Source of the DNA: a virus
IMG/VR virus record: IMGVR_UViG_3300012347_000070
Span: 1-30,782 of that record
Reading direction: 5' to 3' (one strand)
Length of the DNA stretch: 30,782 nucleotides
Part shown: positions 6,255 through 15,330 of the stretch, piece after piece
Numbering within the stretch: the first letter of the stretch is position 1
Layout: every line of letters begins with the position of its first letter
Made by a program: the position numbers and the translations under genes
Notes under the pieces: model-generated
What the model was told of the DNA's origin: nothing
What the model saw: the letters and a program-made list of their open reading frames with translations, nothing else
The model's database searches: none

Positions 6255-6431
6255 ATGAAACCAGACGAAAGAGCTAAATCGATTTTAAACAACGCTTTTT
6301 ACTTTACTGGTAATAAGAACCTAGCTAAAGAGCTTGCGCTTTGGATATGCGAACTAATAGGCGAAACAAAGCCTAAGATTGACGATAAGATTTACTGGAA
6401 GTTAGTAGCCGAAAACATTTATTTACTTTAG
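6255..6431 (+). CDS. Family-B-like small protein B3 (MKPDERAKSILNNAFYF...IYWKLV)
   Basis: ATG 6255 gives an N-terminus that aligns with MTPKEKAYELF of B1. The track's TTG 6183 start would run through the hairpin at 6176..6208. Confidence 0.5.
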   Translation: MKPDERAKSILNNAFYFTGNKNLAKELALWICELIGETKPKIDDKIYWKLVAENIYLL

Positions 6432-6907
6432 TGCAAGACATAACTATTCTAACTGATAAGCATAAGCACTGGGTCAAAATTGTAGAAGGTTTTGGCGAAA
6501 AGAATTACGCTCAAGATGTTGTTCAAGAGGCTTATATAAAAGTCTTAAAGATGAACAAAGATATTAATTATGCTTATTTCTACTACACGCTTAGAAGTCT
6601 TACGATGGACTTGCACTCAAAGAAAGTAGTTAAATGCGAGATTACAAGAGACATAGAGTATATGCTTCGAGAGGACGATAGCAACGAACTAGCGGAAGAA
6701 CTTGCACAACCTTATTTAGAATTTATAGAGACTTGGAATTGGTACGATAAGAAGATGTTTTTACTATGGGTAAACAATAACATCTCAATACGTAAGCTTT
6801 CAAGAGAAACAAAGATTAGCTTTAAAAGTGTTTACAATACAATTAGAAAGTGTAAAGAAAGAATCAAACAATGGCAAAAAGACCAATTAAAAGAAGAGTT
6901 ATTGTAG
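6431..6907 (+). CDS. Phage-encoded sigma-70 family (ECF-like) sigma factor
   Basis: Region-2-like YAQDVVQEAYIKVLKM ... YFYYTLRSLTMDLHSKK. Region-4 HTH-like WYDKKMFLLWVNNNISIRKLSRETKISFKSVYNTIRKCKERIKQ. 158 aa. GTG start overlaps the upstream stop (TAGTG). Confidence 0.6.
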   Translation: MQDITILTDKHKHWVKIVEGFGEKNYAQDVVQEAYIKVLKMNKDINYAYFYYTLRSLTMDLHSKKVVKCEITRDIEYMLREDDSNELAEELAQPYLEFIETWNWYDKKMFLLWVNNNISIRKLSRETKISFKSVYNTIRKCKERIKQWQKDQLKEELL

Positions 6908-7305
6908 AGCCTAAAGAAGAGGTAGCTACATTCTCGAACGCTCAGGGGTTAGGAGATACTATCGAAGCGTTTACTACCGTTATCGGAATTAAGAAAGGGG
7001 TAGAGTTATTATCTAAAGCACTAGACTGGGATTGTGGTTGTGACGAACGCAAAGAGAAGTTAAATAAGCTATGGTCGTATCGCAAACCTAAGTGTTTAGT
7101 ACAAGAGGATTACGAGTACTTAAAAGAGTTTTTCTCTAAGCCTCAGAACTCAATTACTCCTAAGGTGCAATGGGATTTAACCGACATCTACTATCGAATC
7201 TTCGATATTAGATTAGAGGCTTCGTCTTGTGCTTCGTGCTGGCGAGATTACATTTCACAAATTAGACAAGTTTATAACGTATTTGAAGAAGAAAATAATG
7301 GATAA
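6871..7305 (+). CDS. Hypothetical Cys-containing protein (GLGDTIEAF...CGCDERKEKLN...CASCW)
   Basis: ATG ORF overlapping the sigma gene by 37 nt. Confidence 0.65.
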   Translation: MAKRPIKRRVIVEPKEEVATFSNAQGLGDTIEAFTTVIGIKKGVELLSKALDWDCGCDERKEKLNKLWSYRKPKCLVQEDYEYLKEFFSKPQNSITPKVQWDLTDIYYRIFDIRLEASSCASCWRDYISQIRQVYNVFEEENNG

Positions 7306-7561
7306 GGTAGACAAACGAGGAGGAGCCAGAGAAGGGGCTGGCCGTAAATCTAAAGCTGAAGAACAATCTTTAGTAGAGAAGCTAACACCATTAGAGCCTA
7401 AAGCATTTGCGGTACTAGCTCAAGCGTTAGAAGACCATAAAGACTGGGCAGTTAAGCTATTCTTTCAATATCAGTTTGGTATGCCTAAGCAAGTGGTAGA
7501 CCAAAACACTACGCATACGATTAATGACTTTGACATTAAGGACATTGTAAAATTTAAGTGA
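7298..7561 (+). CDS. terS: Putative small terminase subunit
   Basis: Lies immediately upstream of terL and is coupled to it by a GTGA overlap. Basic N-terminus MDKVDKRGGAREGAGRKSK. ATG 7298 preferred over the track's GTG 7229. Confidence 0.45.
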   Translation: MDKVDKRGGAREGAGRKSKAEEQSLVEKLTPLEPKAFAVLAQALEDHKDWAVKLFFQYQFGMPKQVVDQNTTHTINDFDIKDIVKFK

Positions 7562-8769
7562 TAGAGCTAAATAGGAAATATGTACCTTTATTTGAAAGCG
7601 GAAGTAGGTACTTTGTAATTACGGGTGGAAGGGGTTCGGGCAAATCGTTTGCTTTGAACTCCTTTCTTTTGCTTCTAACGTACGAAGTAGGACACGTGAT
7701 ACTATTTACTAGATATACGCTTACTTCGGCTCATATCTCAATTATACCCGAGTTTGTAGAGAAGATAGAAATGGCTGGTCTTGAATCAGACTTTTACATA
7801 ACCAAAGACGAGATTATTAACACTCGTACAAATTCAAAGATTTTATTTAGGGGGATTAAAACCTCGAGCGGAACGCAAACCGCTAATCTCAAATCGTTAC
7901 AAGGTGTTACGACTTGGATACTAGACGAAGCCGAGGAGCTAACAGATGAAGACATCTTTGACAAGATAGACTTCTCTATTCGTAATAGCCAAAGACAAAA
8001 CCGAGTTATCTTAATTCTTAACCCGACTACCAAAGAGCACTTTATTTATAATCGATTCTTTGAAGAAAAGGGTGTTCAATCTGGACAATCCACAACGCAA
8101 GGCGATACGACTTACATACATACCACGTATAAGGATAATATTGATTACCTAAGTGAATCCTTCTTAAATCAAATCGAAGCCTTAGAGCGTACAAATAAAC
8201 GCAAATATGAGCATACGATTCTTGGAGGGTGGCTAGACAAAGCCGAAGGTGTAGTATTTACTAACTGGTCTTATGGGCAATTTAATCCCGACAACTTACA
8301 AACCTCATTCGGTCAAGACTTTGGTTTCTCGATTGACCCTACCACGCTAGTAGAAGTGGCGATAGATAAGACTAAGCGTAAGATATACGTTAAGGAGCAT
8401 CTTTATAAGCCCAAGCTAACTACAAGTGAGATAGCCCATATTAACAAGCGTGTTTGCGCTAAAGGATTAATTGTAGCGGATAGTGCCGAGCCTAGACTAA
8501 TAGCCGAGCTTCAGTCTCAAGGATGTAATATAATTGCGACAGAAAAAGGAGCGGGAAGTATAACGGCTGGTATCGCTTTAATACAAGATTACGAATTGAT
8601 TGTAGAATCTAACTCGCAAAACATTGGAAAAGAACTCAACAATTACATCTACTCAGATAAAAAATCTGGGCTTGTGGTCGATAACTTTAACCACGCTCTT
8701 GATGCGCTACGTTACAACGTCTTCTACCAGTTATCAAATCCAAACCAAGGAAAGTATTTCGTGTACTAG
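7558..8769 (+). CDS. terL: Terminase large subunit (PBSX-like family)
   Basis: Walker A ITGGRGSGKSF, Walker B-like TWILDEAEE, and a C-terminal RNase-H-like nuclease region (FGQDFGFSIDPT ... ADSAEPRLI ... HALDALRY). Confidence 0.9.
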   Translation: MIELNRKYVPLFESGSRYFVITGGRGSGKSFALNSFLLLLTYEVGHVILFTRYTLTSAHISIIPEFVEKIEMAGLESDFYITKDEIINTRTNSKILFRGIKTSSGTQTANLKSLQGVTTWILDEAEELTDEDIFDKIDFSIRNSQRQNRVILILNPTTKEHFIYNRFFEEKGVQSGQSTTQGDTTYIHTTYKDNIDYLSESFLNQIEALERTNKRKYEHTILGGWLDKAEGVVFTNWSYGQFNPDNLQTSFGQDFGFSIDPTTLVEVAIDKTKRKIYVKEHLYKPKLTTSEIAHINKRVCAKGLIVADSAEPRLIAELQSQGCNIIATEKGAGSITAGIALIQDYELIVESNSQNIGKELNNYIYSDKKSGLVVDNFNHALDALRYNVFYQLSNPNQGKYFVY

Positions 8770-8796
8770 TACAAAAAACAACAAATAACGTTTATA
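8767..8796 (+). promoter_or_regulatory. ECF-type bipartite motif copy 2 (tAGTAC-N16-CGTTTATA), 4 nt before ATG 8801
   Basis: CGTTTATA at 8789..8796. The -35-like element ends at 8772 (AC only, weakest -35 of the set). Confidence 0.45.
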
Positions 8797-8800
8797 CATT

Positions 8801-9478
8801 ATGAAGCTAGAGATAACTATTCCAACTAGTTTAAGCGAAATTAAGCTTAGCCAGTATTTAAAGTTTTTAGCCATTGCTGAGCAAAACGAAGAATCAGATT
8901 TTTTGCACCATAAAATGATTCAAATCTTTTGCAATGTAGAGTTGAAATATATTGACCAGTTTAAAAGAACTCAATTAATAGAAATAGTAAATAGTATTAA
9001 TTCACTATTTGAGAACGTGCCAGAGTTTAAGAATCGATTTGAGTTAAACGGAGTAGAGTACGGATTTATTCCAAACTTAGAGGATATAACGCAAGGGGAA
9101 TATATTGACTTAGATAACTATTTGCCAGTTAATAGCGATATGAATAAAGCTATGGCGGTAATGTTTAGACCGATAAAGCAAAGGTTTAAAGACAAGTATA
9201 TTATTGAGGATTATGCCGGCTCGAGTTTATATGCTGAAAAAATGTTAGATGCTCCATTAGATGTTGTTTTAGGAGCAAGGGTTTTTTTTTATCATTTAGG
9301 CAACGAATTATTGAAAAGTACGCTGACTTATTTGGAGGAGAAAGTGCCGAAAACGATTTTAGCGAACAAGCCCAATTTGGGAAAAGATGGGGATGGTATA
9401 GCTCTATCTATGCTCTCGCTCAAGGGGATGTTAGAAGATTTGATGAAGTTACCAGACTTCCGCTTAATCAATGTCTAA
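8801..9478 (+). CDS. Hypothetical structural-module protein (possible tail assembly chaperone-like), frame-0 product of 225 aa
   Basis: ATG ORF. Contains a T9 tract at 9282..9290, after which the -1 frame is also open. See the 9238..9543 feature. Confidence 0.65.
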   Translation: MKLEITIPTSLSEIKLSQYLKFLAIAEQNEESDFLHHKMIQIFCNVELKYIDQFKRTQLIEIVNSINSLFENVPEFKNRFELNGVEYGFIPNLEDITQGEYIDLDNYLPVNSDMNKAMAVMFRPIKQRFKDKYIIEDYAGSSLYAEKMLDAPLDVVLGARVFFYHLGNELLKSTLTYLEEKVPKTILANKPNLGKDGDGIALSMLSLKGMLEDLMKLPDFRLINV

Positions 9479-9543
9479 TGTTTTTAACATTTGAAAAGCA
9501 AAAGAACGAACTAGAAGTTAAATTAATTAATAAGCAAAAATAA
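9238..9543 (+). other. 101-codon stop-free -1 frame overlapping the 3' end of 8801..9478, entered at a T TTT TTT slippery site (9283..9289) and ending TAA 9541..9543 (TAATG with the next gene)
   Basis: Translated by hand: ...GFFLSFRQRIIEKYADLFGGESAENDFSEQAQFGKRWGWYSSIYALAQGDVRRFDEVTRLPLNQCLMFLTFEKQKNELEVKLINKQK*. The only ATG in this frame is at 9478 (a 21-aa micro-ORF, TAATG-coupled at both ends). Confidence 0.5.
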
Positions 9544-9998
9544 TGAACGGATATTATTACGTTGTAAATACTTTAAAGGATTATCTTAATAATACCGGTT
9601 TTATTAACACCGTTACAATTGGGGATATTTCAAGAGTAGATTTAGAGAAACAAACCATATTTCCTTTATCTCATATTATTGTTAATACCGCTCAATTGTC
9701 CGAGGTAACGACTTCTTTAAATATCTCTATTCTTTTAATGGATATTGTAGACGATAATAAGCAATTGGTTACTAATATTTGGGATGGCAATGACAACGAG
9801 CAAGACGTTTTAAACACGCAATTAACAATAGCTCAAAGACTTGTTAGTGATTTAATGAGAGGTAGCTTGTACTCTAACTTAGTTCAAGTTTTAGAGAGTC
9901 CAAACGCTGAGCCATTTATGGATAGATTTGAAAATAAAATAGCTGGTTGGACACTAACGTTCGACGTTATTATACCAAATGATATTACTATTTGCTAA
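9543..9998 (+). CDS. Hypothetical structural-module protein, 151 aa
   Basis: ATG ORF tiled in the late operon. Confidence 0.7.
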   Translation: MNGYYYVVNTLKDYLNNTGFINTVTIGDISRVDLEKQTIFPLSHIIVNTAQLSEVTTSLNISILLMDIVDDNKQLVTNIWDGNDNEQDVLNTQLTIAQRLVSDLMRGSLYSNLVQVLESPNAEPFMDRFENKIAGWTLTFDVIIPNDITIC

Positions 9999-10540
9999 TG
10001 GAGTTAAAAGCTAGTACAAAACTTTTAGAGAAATACAAAAACTACGTTATTCAGCAGGCTAAAGCAAACTTGTCTAAAGGACGTAATAATATGTCTAAGA
10101 CTTTATACAATAGCTTAAAGGGAGAAGTGGTTACCGATACTGGTTACGCTATTGTCGGTTTTCGTATGGAGGAATACGGACAATTTCTAGACGAAGGGGT
10201 TAAAGGAGCATTTCCTAGCTCGGTTAAGAATGGTAAGCAAAAAGCCCCAAACTCTCGCTTTATGTTTACCAACAAAAGACCGCCAGCGGATGTAATAGCG
10301 GATTGGGCTAAACGTAAAGGAATAAGATTAAGAGATAGCGAAGGAAAGTTTAAGAAAGGAAACTATAAAACTTTAGGATTTATAATAGCTAATAGAATTT
10401 ATGCACAAGGGGTAAAGCCTACATTATTCTTTACAAAGCCTTACGAGGCCGGATTTAAGAAATATATTCTAGGACAAATGCCTAATGAAGTTGTAATAGA
10501 TGTAGACAGAATAATAGATTTAAATTTAATTAAGAAATGA
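9998..10540 (+). CDS. Hypothetical virion protein, possibly HK97 gp10-like head-tail joining
   Basis: ATG 9998 (TAATG overlap) preferred over TTG 9992. The EEYGQFLDEGVKG block loosely resembles the gp10-family Y-x-x-(F/V)-E-x-G motif. Confidence 0.6.
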   Translation: MELKASTKLLEKYKNYVIQQAKANLSKGRNNMSKTLYNSLKGEVVTDTGYAIVGFRMEEYGQFLDEGVKGAFPSSVKNGKQKAPNSRFMFTNKRPPADVIADWAKRKGIRLRDSEGKFKKGNYKTLGFIIANRIYAQGVKPTLFFTKPYEAGFKKYILGQMPNEVVIDVDRIIDLNLIKK

Positions 10541-11604
10541 TAATTTACGCAAGAAGTCCTTATTTTGTTGAGGTAAACGAATCTTTGCAATTAGGCTCAA
10601 AGGTTGAATTGTTTATTTGGAATAATCCAGATAGCGAGCCTTTAACACCTACTTATACGTTTACTAAGTCTATTGCTTCAACTGTTAATCGTAAAAACGT
10701 TTATAACATAGCTCCATACATTAAAGAGTATATTGAAGCTATTACTCCGAGTGATTCTACGGATTCTATGTTAGCTTTAGTAAAAGTAAAGCGTTACAAA
10801 GAAGCTACGCTAGGTACTTACACGCTATTAGATACTACTACATACTATTCTACAAACGGATATACTGACTACTCAGGTGGTTATAATCAAGCTGGCTCAA
10901 CGGCACAACCTTTAGTTTTAGCTAACACGTCTTTAGAATATCGCTACGAAGAAGGGATTACCGATTACCCATTTGTAAACGTGTGGGCAGATAATTCTAG
11001 CCCTGCTACGCTAACCGTTACCTACAAAGATTTAAGAGGTCGTAACGAGGTTACAAACACTATTACAAGAGATGGAGCTAAGTTATACAAAGTGCCTTTG
11101 CGTACTTCATCAATAAAATACGACAAGGGTAATACTTGTACTATTAACTGGAAACCAACTGGCGAGTATATAGACGATACTTACACTATTAATGTAATGC
11201 CTATTTGTGAGCCTAGATATAACCCGATTGTTTGTCAGTTTATTAATCGTTTTGGAGGATGGCAATTCTTGACTTTCTTTAAAGGGCAAACTACTAATAT
11301 TCAAACGCAAGGGACTACGTATAATTTACTTCCTGATGCGGTAGACTACAACACTTCAAGAGCACAAACAAAGAGCTTTAATATTAATGGAGCTAAAAGC
11401 ATACGTTTAAATACGGGATGGATTCCAGAGAACTACTCGGAGCTTATCCAAGACTTACTTCTATCCGAGACGATTCTTTTAGATGGAGTGCCGGTAGAAG
11501 TTAAGACTTTATCAACAGATTTAAAGACCTCGTTAAAAGATAGAAATATTAATTATGAGGTAGAGTTTGCTTACGGGTTTAACCTTATTAATAACGTAGT
11601 TTAA
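10537..11604 (+). CDS. Hypothetical tail/virion structural protein, 355 aa
   Basis: ATGA overlap upstream. Ser/Thr/Asn/Tyr-rich beta-type composition. Confidence 0.7.
   Translation: MIIYARSPYFVEVNESLQLGSKVELFIWNNPDSEPLTPTYTFTKSIASTVNRKNVYNIAPYIKEYIEAITPSDSTDSMLALVKVKRYKEATLGTYTLLDTTTYYSTNGYTDYSGGYNQAGSTAQPLVLANTSLEYRYEEGITDYPFVNVWADNSSPATLTVTYKDLRGRNEVTNTITRDGAKLYKVPLRTSSIKYDKGNTCTINWKPTGEYIDDTYTINVMPICEPRYNPIVCQFINRFGGWQFLTFFKGQTTNIQTQGTTYNLLPDAVDYNTSRAQTKSFNINGAKSIRLNTGWIPENYSELIQDLLLSETILLDGVPVEVKTLSTDLKTSLKDRNINYEVEFAYGFNLINNVV
10677..10705 (+). promoter_or_regulatory. ECF-type bipartite motif copy 3 (TTCAAC-N15-CGTTTATA), intragenic
   Basis: AAC ends at 10682 and CGTTTATA is at 10698..10705. 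Confidence 0.3.
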
Positions 11605-13592
11605 TGATAAACGTACTATTATATATTTACGATACCGATAATAGCGAGCCACAAAGGATAGAGTTATTCAATGACGAAACTATTAGCGTTACTTCTAGTA
11701 TTCAAGACGTAAACGACATTTCTAAAATATTTACCGATTTTAGCCAGTCTTTTACTATCCCAGCTACACCTTATAATAATAAGATATTTAAACACTGGTA
11801 CGAAAACTCTATCGATAGTGGATTTGATGCTAGAAAAAGAAAGACTGCTTATATTGAGTTAGACTATGTACCATTTAGAAAGGGTAAAATTCAATTAGAG
11901 AAAGCAAGTATTAAAAACGGGCAAATCGAAAGCTATCAAATAACGTTTTTTGGGTCTTTAATATCTCTAAAAGATGCTTTTGCGGGTAAATATTTAAAAG
12001 ACTTAGACTTCAGCTCGATTAATTTTACTTATTCAGGAGCTGACGTAGTATCTAGGGTTTCAACAACTAATGATAGTACGGTTAAATTCCCTTTAATTAC
12101 TTCTTATAGAGTTTGGAAATATGGAGGCTCGGGTACTAGCGTAACAAATTGGGACATTTCTAAAAACGCATCTCCTATTTACCATACGGATTTATTTCCA
12201 GCGGTAAAGCTAAAAGGGATGTTAGATGTAATTGCGGATAACTTAGGTATTACTTTCGAGGGCTCTATCTTAGAAAACACAACAGAAACGGCTAAACATT
12301 TTCATCACGCTTATTTGTGGGCTAAAAATGCAAATAATTTTGAAATTAAGGTAGAAAGCCAATTAGTAGTATTTCAAACTAAATACTCTACTACTGGGTC
12401 TGAGGATTTATTCGATTTGCCTACTAGTACTTTAAATTATGTAGATGAAGGGGGAAGTACATTTATTGAAACGCAAACTTTTGATATTACTTGTACCGCT
12501 AATGGTATTGCCTCCGTATTTTATGTTTATCGTAATGGTGTTAAAATCTATGCTTTAAACTTTACTTCTTCAACAACTACGCAACAATTCGAACTTTTAA
12601 TTAGAGGTTCTGGTGCTTATACTTTCAAGATAAGCGCAGCAAGTACTTTAACCTATACCTCGGAGCTAAACTTTGCAATATCGGATGGCACAAGCGTTAT
12701 AAAAGATGTTGAAGTGATTCAAAGCACCTCACAAACTACTAACACTCTTATAGATTTGGCTAATTATATGCCAGAAATTAAGACCGAAGATTTTTTTGCA
12801 GGTGTTTTAAAGATGTTTAATCTTACTTGCTACTCAGATAGTCCCGGAGTATTTAAGATAGAGCAACTAGAAGACTGGTATAACGCTGGAGCAATTAGAG
12901 ATATTACTAGCCACGTTCATAGTGATAGTTTAGATATTGAAAGAGTTAAGCCTTACAATATGCTCAATTTTACTTACGAAGATAGCGAGGCTTTATTGAA
13001 CGTAGGATATAAGCAAAATTCTCCTATTCCTTATGGGAATTTGAATTACTCGTTAGATAACGATGGGGACGAGTATAGCGTAGCTTTACCTTTTGAGAAT
13101 ATGCTATTTAGCAAGTTTACCGGTACTAATTTGCAAGTAAGCTATGCTTTAAAGACCGATTATCAACAATATATACCAAAGCCGGTAATTTTATTCGACT
13201 ACGGAACGCTTCAATCTTGCTCAGCTTATTATATTAATGACGGTTCTACTACAACTTCAAAGACAAACTATAATGTTTTTGGACAAGATAGCTTAGTAAC
13301 TCCCAATGTTAATACGCTTAACTGGGGCTTAGAGCTTTCATCGTTTACGGGTAACGTTGAAAATAACACTTTGTTTAATGAATACTACTTAGCGTATTTA
13401 GATAATATTTACACGCTAAAGGCAAGAACTTTTAAGCTTAAAGCTTCTCTACCTATTAGCGTAATATCTAGTCTTAAAATGAACGATAGGCTAGTTATTC
13501 GGGACAAAAGATATATTATTAATTCGTTTACTACTAACCTTACAAGCGGGGAAGTAGACTTTACATTGTTACACGATTTTAGGGCGATATGA
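11604..13592 (+). CDS. Large tail structural protein, 662 aa
   Basis: TAATG overlap upstream. Size and composition are typical of tail hub, tubular or baseplate proteins. No specific family recognised. Confidence 0.7.
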   Translation: MINVLLYIYDTDNSEPQRIELFNDETISVTSSIQDVNDISKIFTDFSQSFTIPATPYNNKIFKHWYENSIDSGFDARKRKTAYIELDYVPFRKGKIQLEKASIKNGQIESYQITFFGSLISLKDAFAGKYLKDLDFSSINFTYSGADVVSRVSTTNDSTVKFPLITSYRVWKYGGSGTSVTNWDISKNASPIYHTDLFPAVKLKGMLDVIADNLGITFEGSILENTTETAKHFHHAYLWAKNANNFEIKVESQLVVFQTKYSTTGSEDLFDLPTSTLNYVDEGGSTFIETQTFDITCTANGIASVFYVYRNGVKIYALNFTSSTTTQQFELLIRGSGAYTFKISAASTLTYTSELNFAISDGTSVIKDVEVIQSTSQTTNTLIDLANYMPEIKTEDFFAGVLKMFNLTCYSDSPGVFKIEQLEDWYNAGAIRDITSHVHSDSLDIERVKPYNMLNFTYEDSEALLNVGYKQNSPIPYGNLNYSLDNDGDEYSVALPFENMLFSKFTGTNLQVSYALKTDYQQYIPKPVILFDYGTLQSCSAYYINDGSTTTSKTNYNVFGQDSLVTPNVNTLNWGLELSSFTGNVENNTLFNEYYLAYLDNIYTLKARTFKLKASLPISVISSLKMNDRLVIRDKRYIINSFTTNLTSGEVDFTLLHDFRAI

Positions 13593-13741
13593 TAGAACAA
13601 ATTTTAAAAATGCTTTCAAGTTTTGAGCATTATAATAGAAGCGAGGTAATAGAAATTGCTAAAGGCAAATATGAATTACCAAAAACATTTAAAAAGGGCT
13701 GGAATCAAATAAAACGTAATTACAAATGGCAAAATCAATAG
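13589..13741 (+). CDS. Small hypothetical protein, 50 aa (MIEQILKMLSSFEHYNRSEVIEIAKGKYELPKTFKKGWNQIKRNYKWQNQ)
   Basis: Below the track cutoff. ATGA overlap with the upstream stop. It fills an otherwise 133-nt gap and overlaps the next start by 16 nt. Confidence 0.45.
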   Translation: MIEQILKMLSSFEHYNRSEVIEIAKGKYELPKTFKKGWNQIKRNYKWQNQ

Positions 13742-15330
13742 AAGTAGATATTAACGTTAATAATAATATTGAAGGCTCTATATCTCAATTAAAGGCACTT
13801 AAAAGAGAGTTAAAAAACACGGCGGTAGGAACTGAAGAGTTTAAGAACTTATTTAATCAAATTGATGACTTAGAGGACAAGATTAAGTCAGCTAAAAACG
13901 TTTCTAGCGATTGGATAGACTCTTTAGAATCCGCTGGCGGGCCAATTGGTATGCTAGGAGGGGCTTTAAATAAAGCTAAAGTAGCTACTCAATCTTGGGG
14001 AGCGGCATTAAAAGCGGCTGGTATTGGTTTAATCGTTGCGGCGGTAGGTGGTTTAGTTGCGGCTTTCTCAGAATCTGAGTCCGCAATGAAAAAACTTGAG
14101 CCATTATTTATTGGGTTAGAGAAGATTTTAGGTGGTATTATGAAAGTATTTGAGCCTTTGCTAGATGCTTTTATTAGTCTTGCTTTAAACGCTTTGCCTT
14201 ATATCACAAAAGGTATAGGTGTATTCTATTCTAGCTTATTTGCTCTATTTACTTTAATTAAAAACGTAGGATTTGGAGCGGGTAAAATTCTTAAAGGGAT
14301 ATTTACTTTAGATTTCAAGTCTATTAGCGATGGATACGAGCAACTAAAAGGAAGTTGGGGCGAAGCAGTTAAAGATTTTGAGGCTACAAATAAGCGATTT
14401 AATGAAGGCACAAAGGAATTAACTAAAACCGAAAAGGAAAACTCTAAGAAAAGAGTAGAAAATAGAAAGACAGAAAAGAAAGAGAAAGATAAAGTTATTG
14501 ATTCGGAGCTACAAGCTATGCGAGAGTTTCAAACTGAATACGAAAACTATCTAAAGCGTTTAACTGATATTCAAAAGCAGTATAATACTGAAATAGAAGA
14601 CTTACAAGCGGTAACTGAACAACAAAAGCTAGATTTGTGGTATAAGCGTAGAGCGGAAGAAATAGACGCTATTACAAAAGACGCAGGCGAGAAGAATGAT
14701 TTATACGCTTTATTAGAAACTGAAAGAGCGATTAAGCAAGCCGAAATTGAAAAGAAAAAAGAGGATGAACTAACTAAGATTAGGCAAGAAGGTGAAGAGG
14801 CACGTACAAAATATGAAGCTGAGCAATCGGATGCTAGAAAGAAAATAGCGGAATTAGAAGTTAAAGCAAAGCAAGAATTATTACAAATTGGAGCAAATGC
14901 TTTAGGAGTAGCGGCAAGTCTTTTAGGAGAATCAACGGATGAAGGTAAAGCGGCAGCAATTGCTTCTACTACCATTTCTACTTACTTAGCAGCTCAACAA
15001 GCTTATGCTTCACAACTTGCTATACCTACACCTGATGCGCCTTTTAGAGCGGCTTTAGCGGCTGGGGTTGCGGTAGCTTCTGGTCTCGCAAACGTGCAAA
15101 AGATTTTATCGGTACAAACTCCAAATGGAGGTGGTAATGGTGGTGGAGTTCCTAGTGGAGGAGCACCGCAAGCACCATCTTTCAACGTAGTAGGCACTAG
15201 CGGAGCTAACCAAATTGCACAAACATTAGGACGAGAGCAAGCCCCATTAAAAGCTTACGTAGTTGCTCAAGACGTAACAACACAACAAGCTCTTAATAGA
15301 AATATTGTTACCTCGGCAAGCCTTGGATAA
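13726..15330 (+). CDS. Tape-measure-like or internal virion protein, 534 aa
   Basis: N-terminal coiled coil, hydrophobic Gly/Ala-rich membrane-like segments (AAGIGLIVAAVGGLVAAF), a long charged coiled coil (KKEKDK...EIEKKKEDE), and a C-terminal Gly-rich NGGGNGGGVPSGG. Confidence 0.5.
   Translation: MAKSIEVDINVNNNIEGSISQLKALKRELKNTAVGTEEFKNLFNQIDDLEDKIKSAKNVSSDWIDSLESAGGPIGMLGGALNKAKVATQSWGAALKAAGIGLIVAAVGGLVAAFSESESAMKKLEPLFIGLEKILGGIMKVFEPLLDAFISLALNALPYITKGIGVFYSSLFALFTLIKNVGFGAGKILKGIFTLDFKSISDGYEQLKGSWGEAVKDFEATNKRFNEGTKELTKTEKENSKKRVENRKTEKKEKDKVIDSELQAMREFQTEYENYLKRLTDIQKQYNTEIEDLQAVTEQQKLDLWYKRRAEEIDAITKDAGEKNDLYALLETERAIKQAEIEKKKEDELTKIRQEGEEARTKYEAEQSDARKKIAELEVKAKQELLQIGANALGVAASLLGESTDEGKAAAIASTTISTYLAAQQAYASQLAIPTPDAPFRAALAAGVAVASGLANVQKILSVQTPNGGGNGGGVPSGGAPQAPSFNVVGTSGANQIAQTLGREQAPLKAYVVAQDVTTQQALNRNIVTSASLG

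Noticed and set aside
6871-7305. Cys-containing protein downstream of the sigma gene as a zinc-binding anti-sigma factor
   Set aside because: The position is tempting (overlapping the sigma gene) and it has a CxxC (CASC). However, the H-x3-C-x2-C ZAS motif is not present and there is no TM segment. I also recall the GLGDT...CGCDERKEKLN pattern from phages without an obvious sigma factor. I could not support the call.
14571-14975. Minus-strand ORFs in the track (4800..5000, 7794..8033, 11110..11310, 13409..13600, 14226..14411, 14571..14975, 15003..15197, 15308..15550, 16106..16315, 24204..24392, 29808..30008)
   Set aside because: Each lies entirely antisense to a well-supported + strand gene. 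The translations are low-complexity (Ser/Phe/Leu/Ala-rich mirror images of GAA/AAG/GCT-rich coding). None has its own intergenic space or signals. The genome is otherwise strictly unidirectional.
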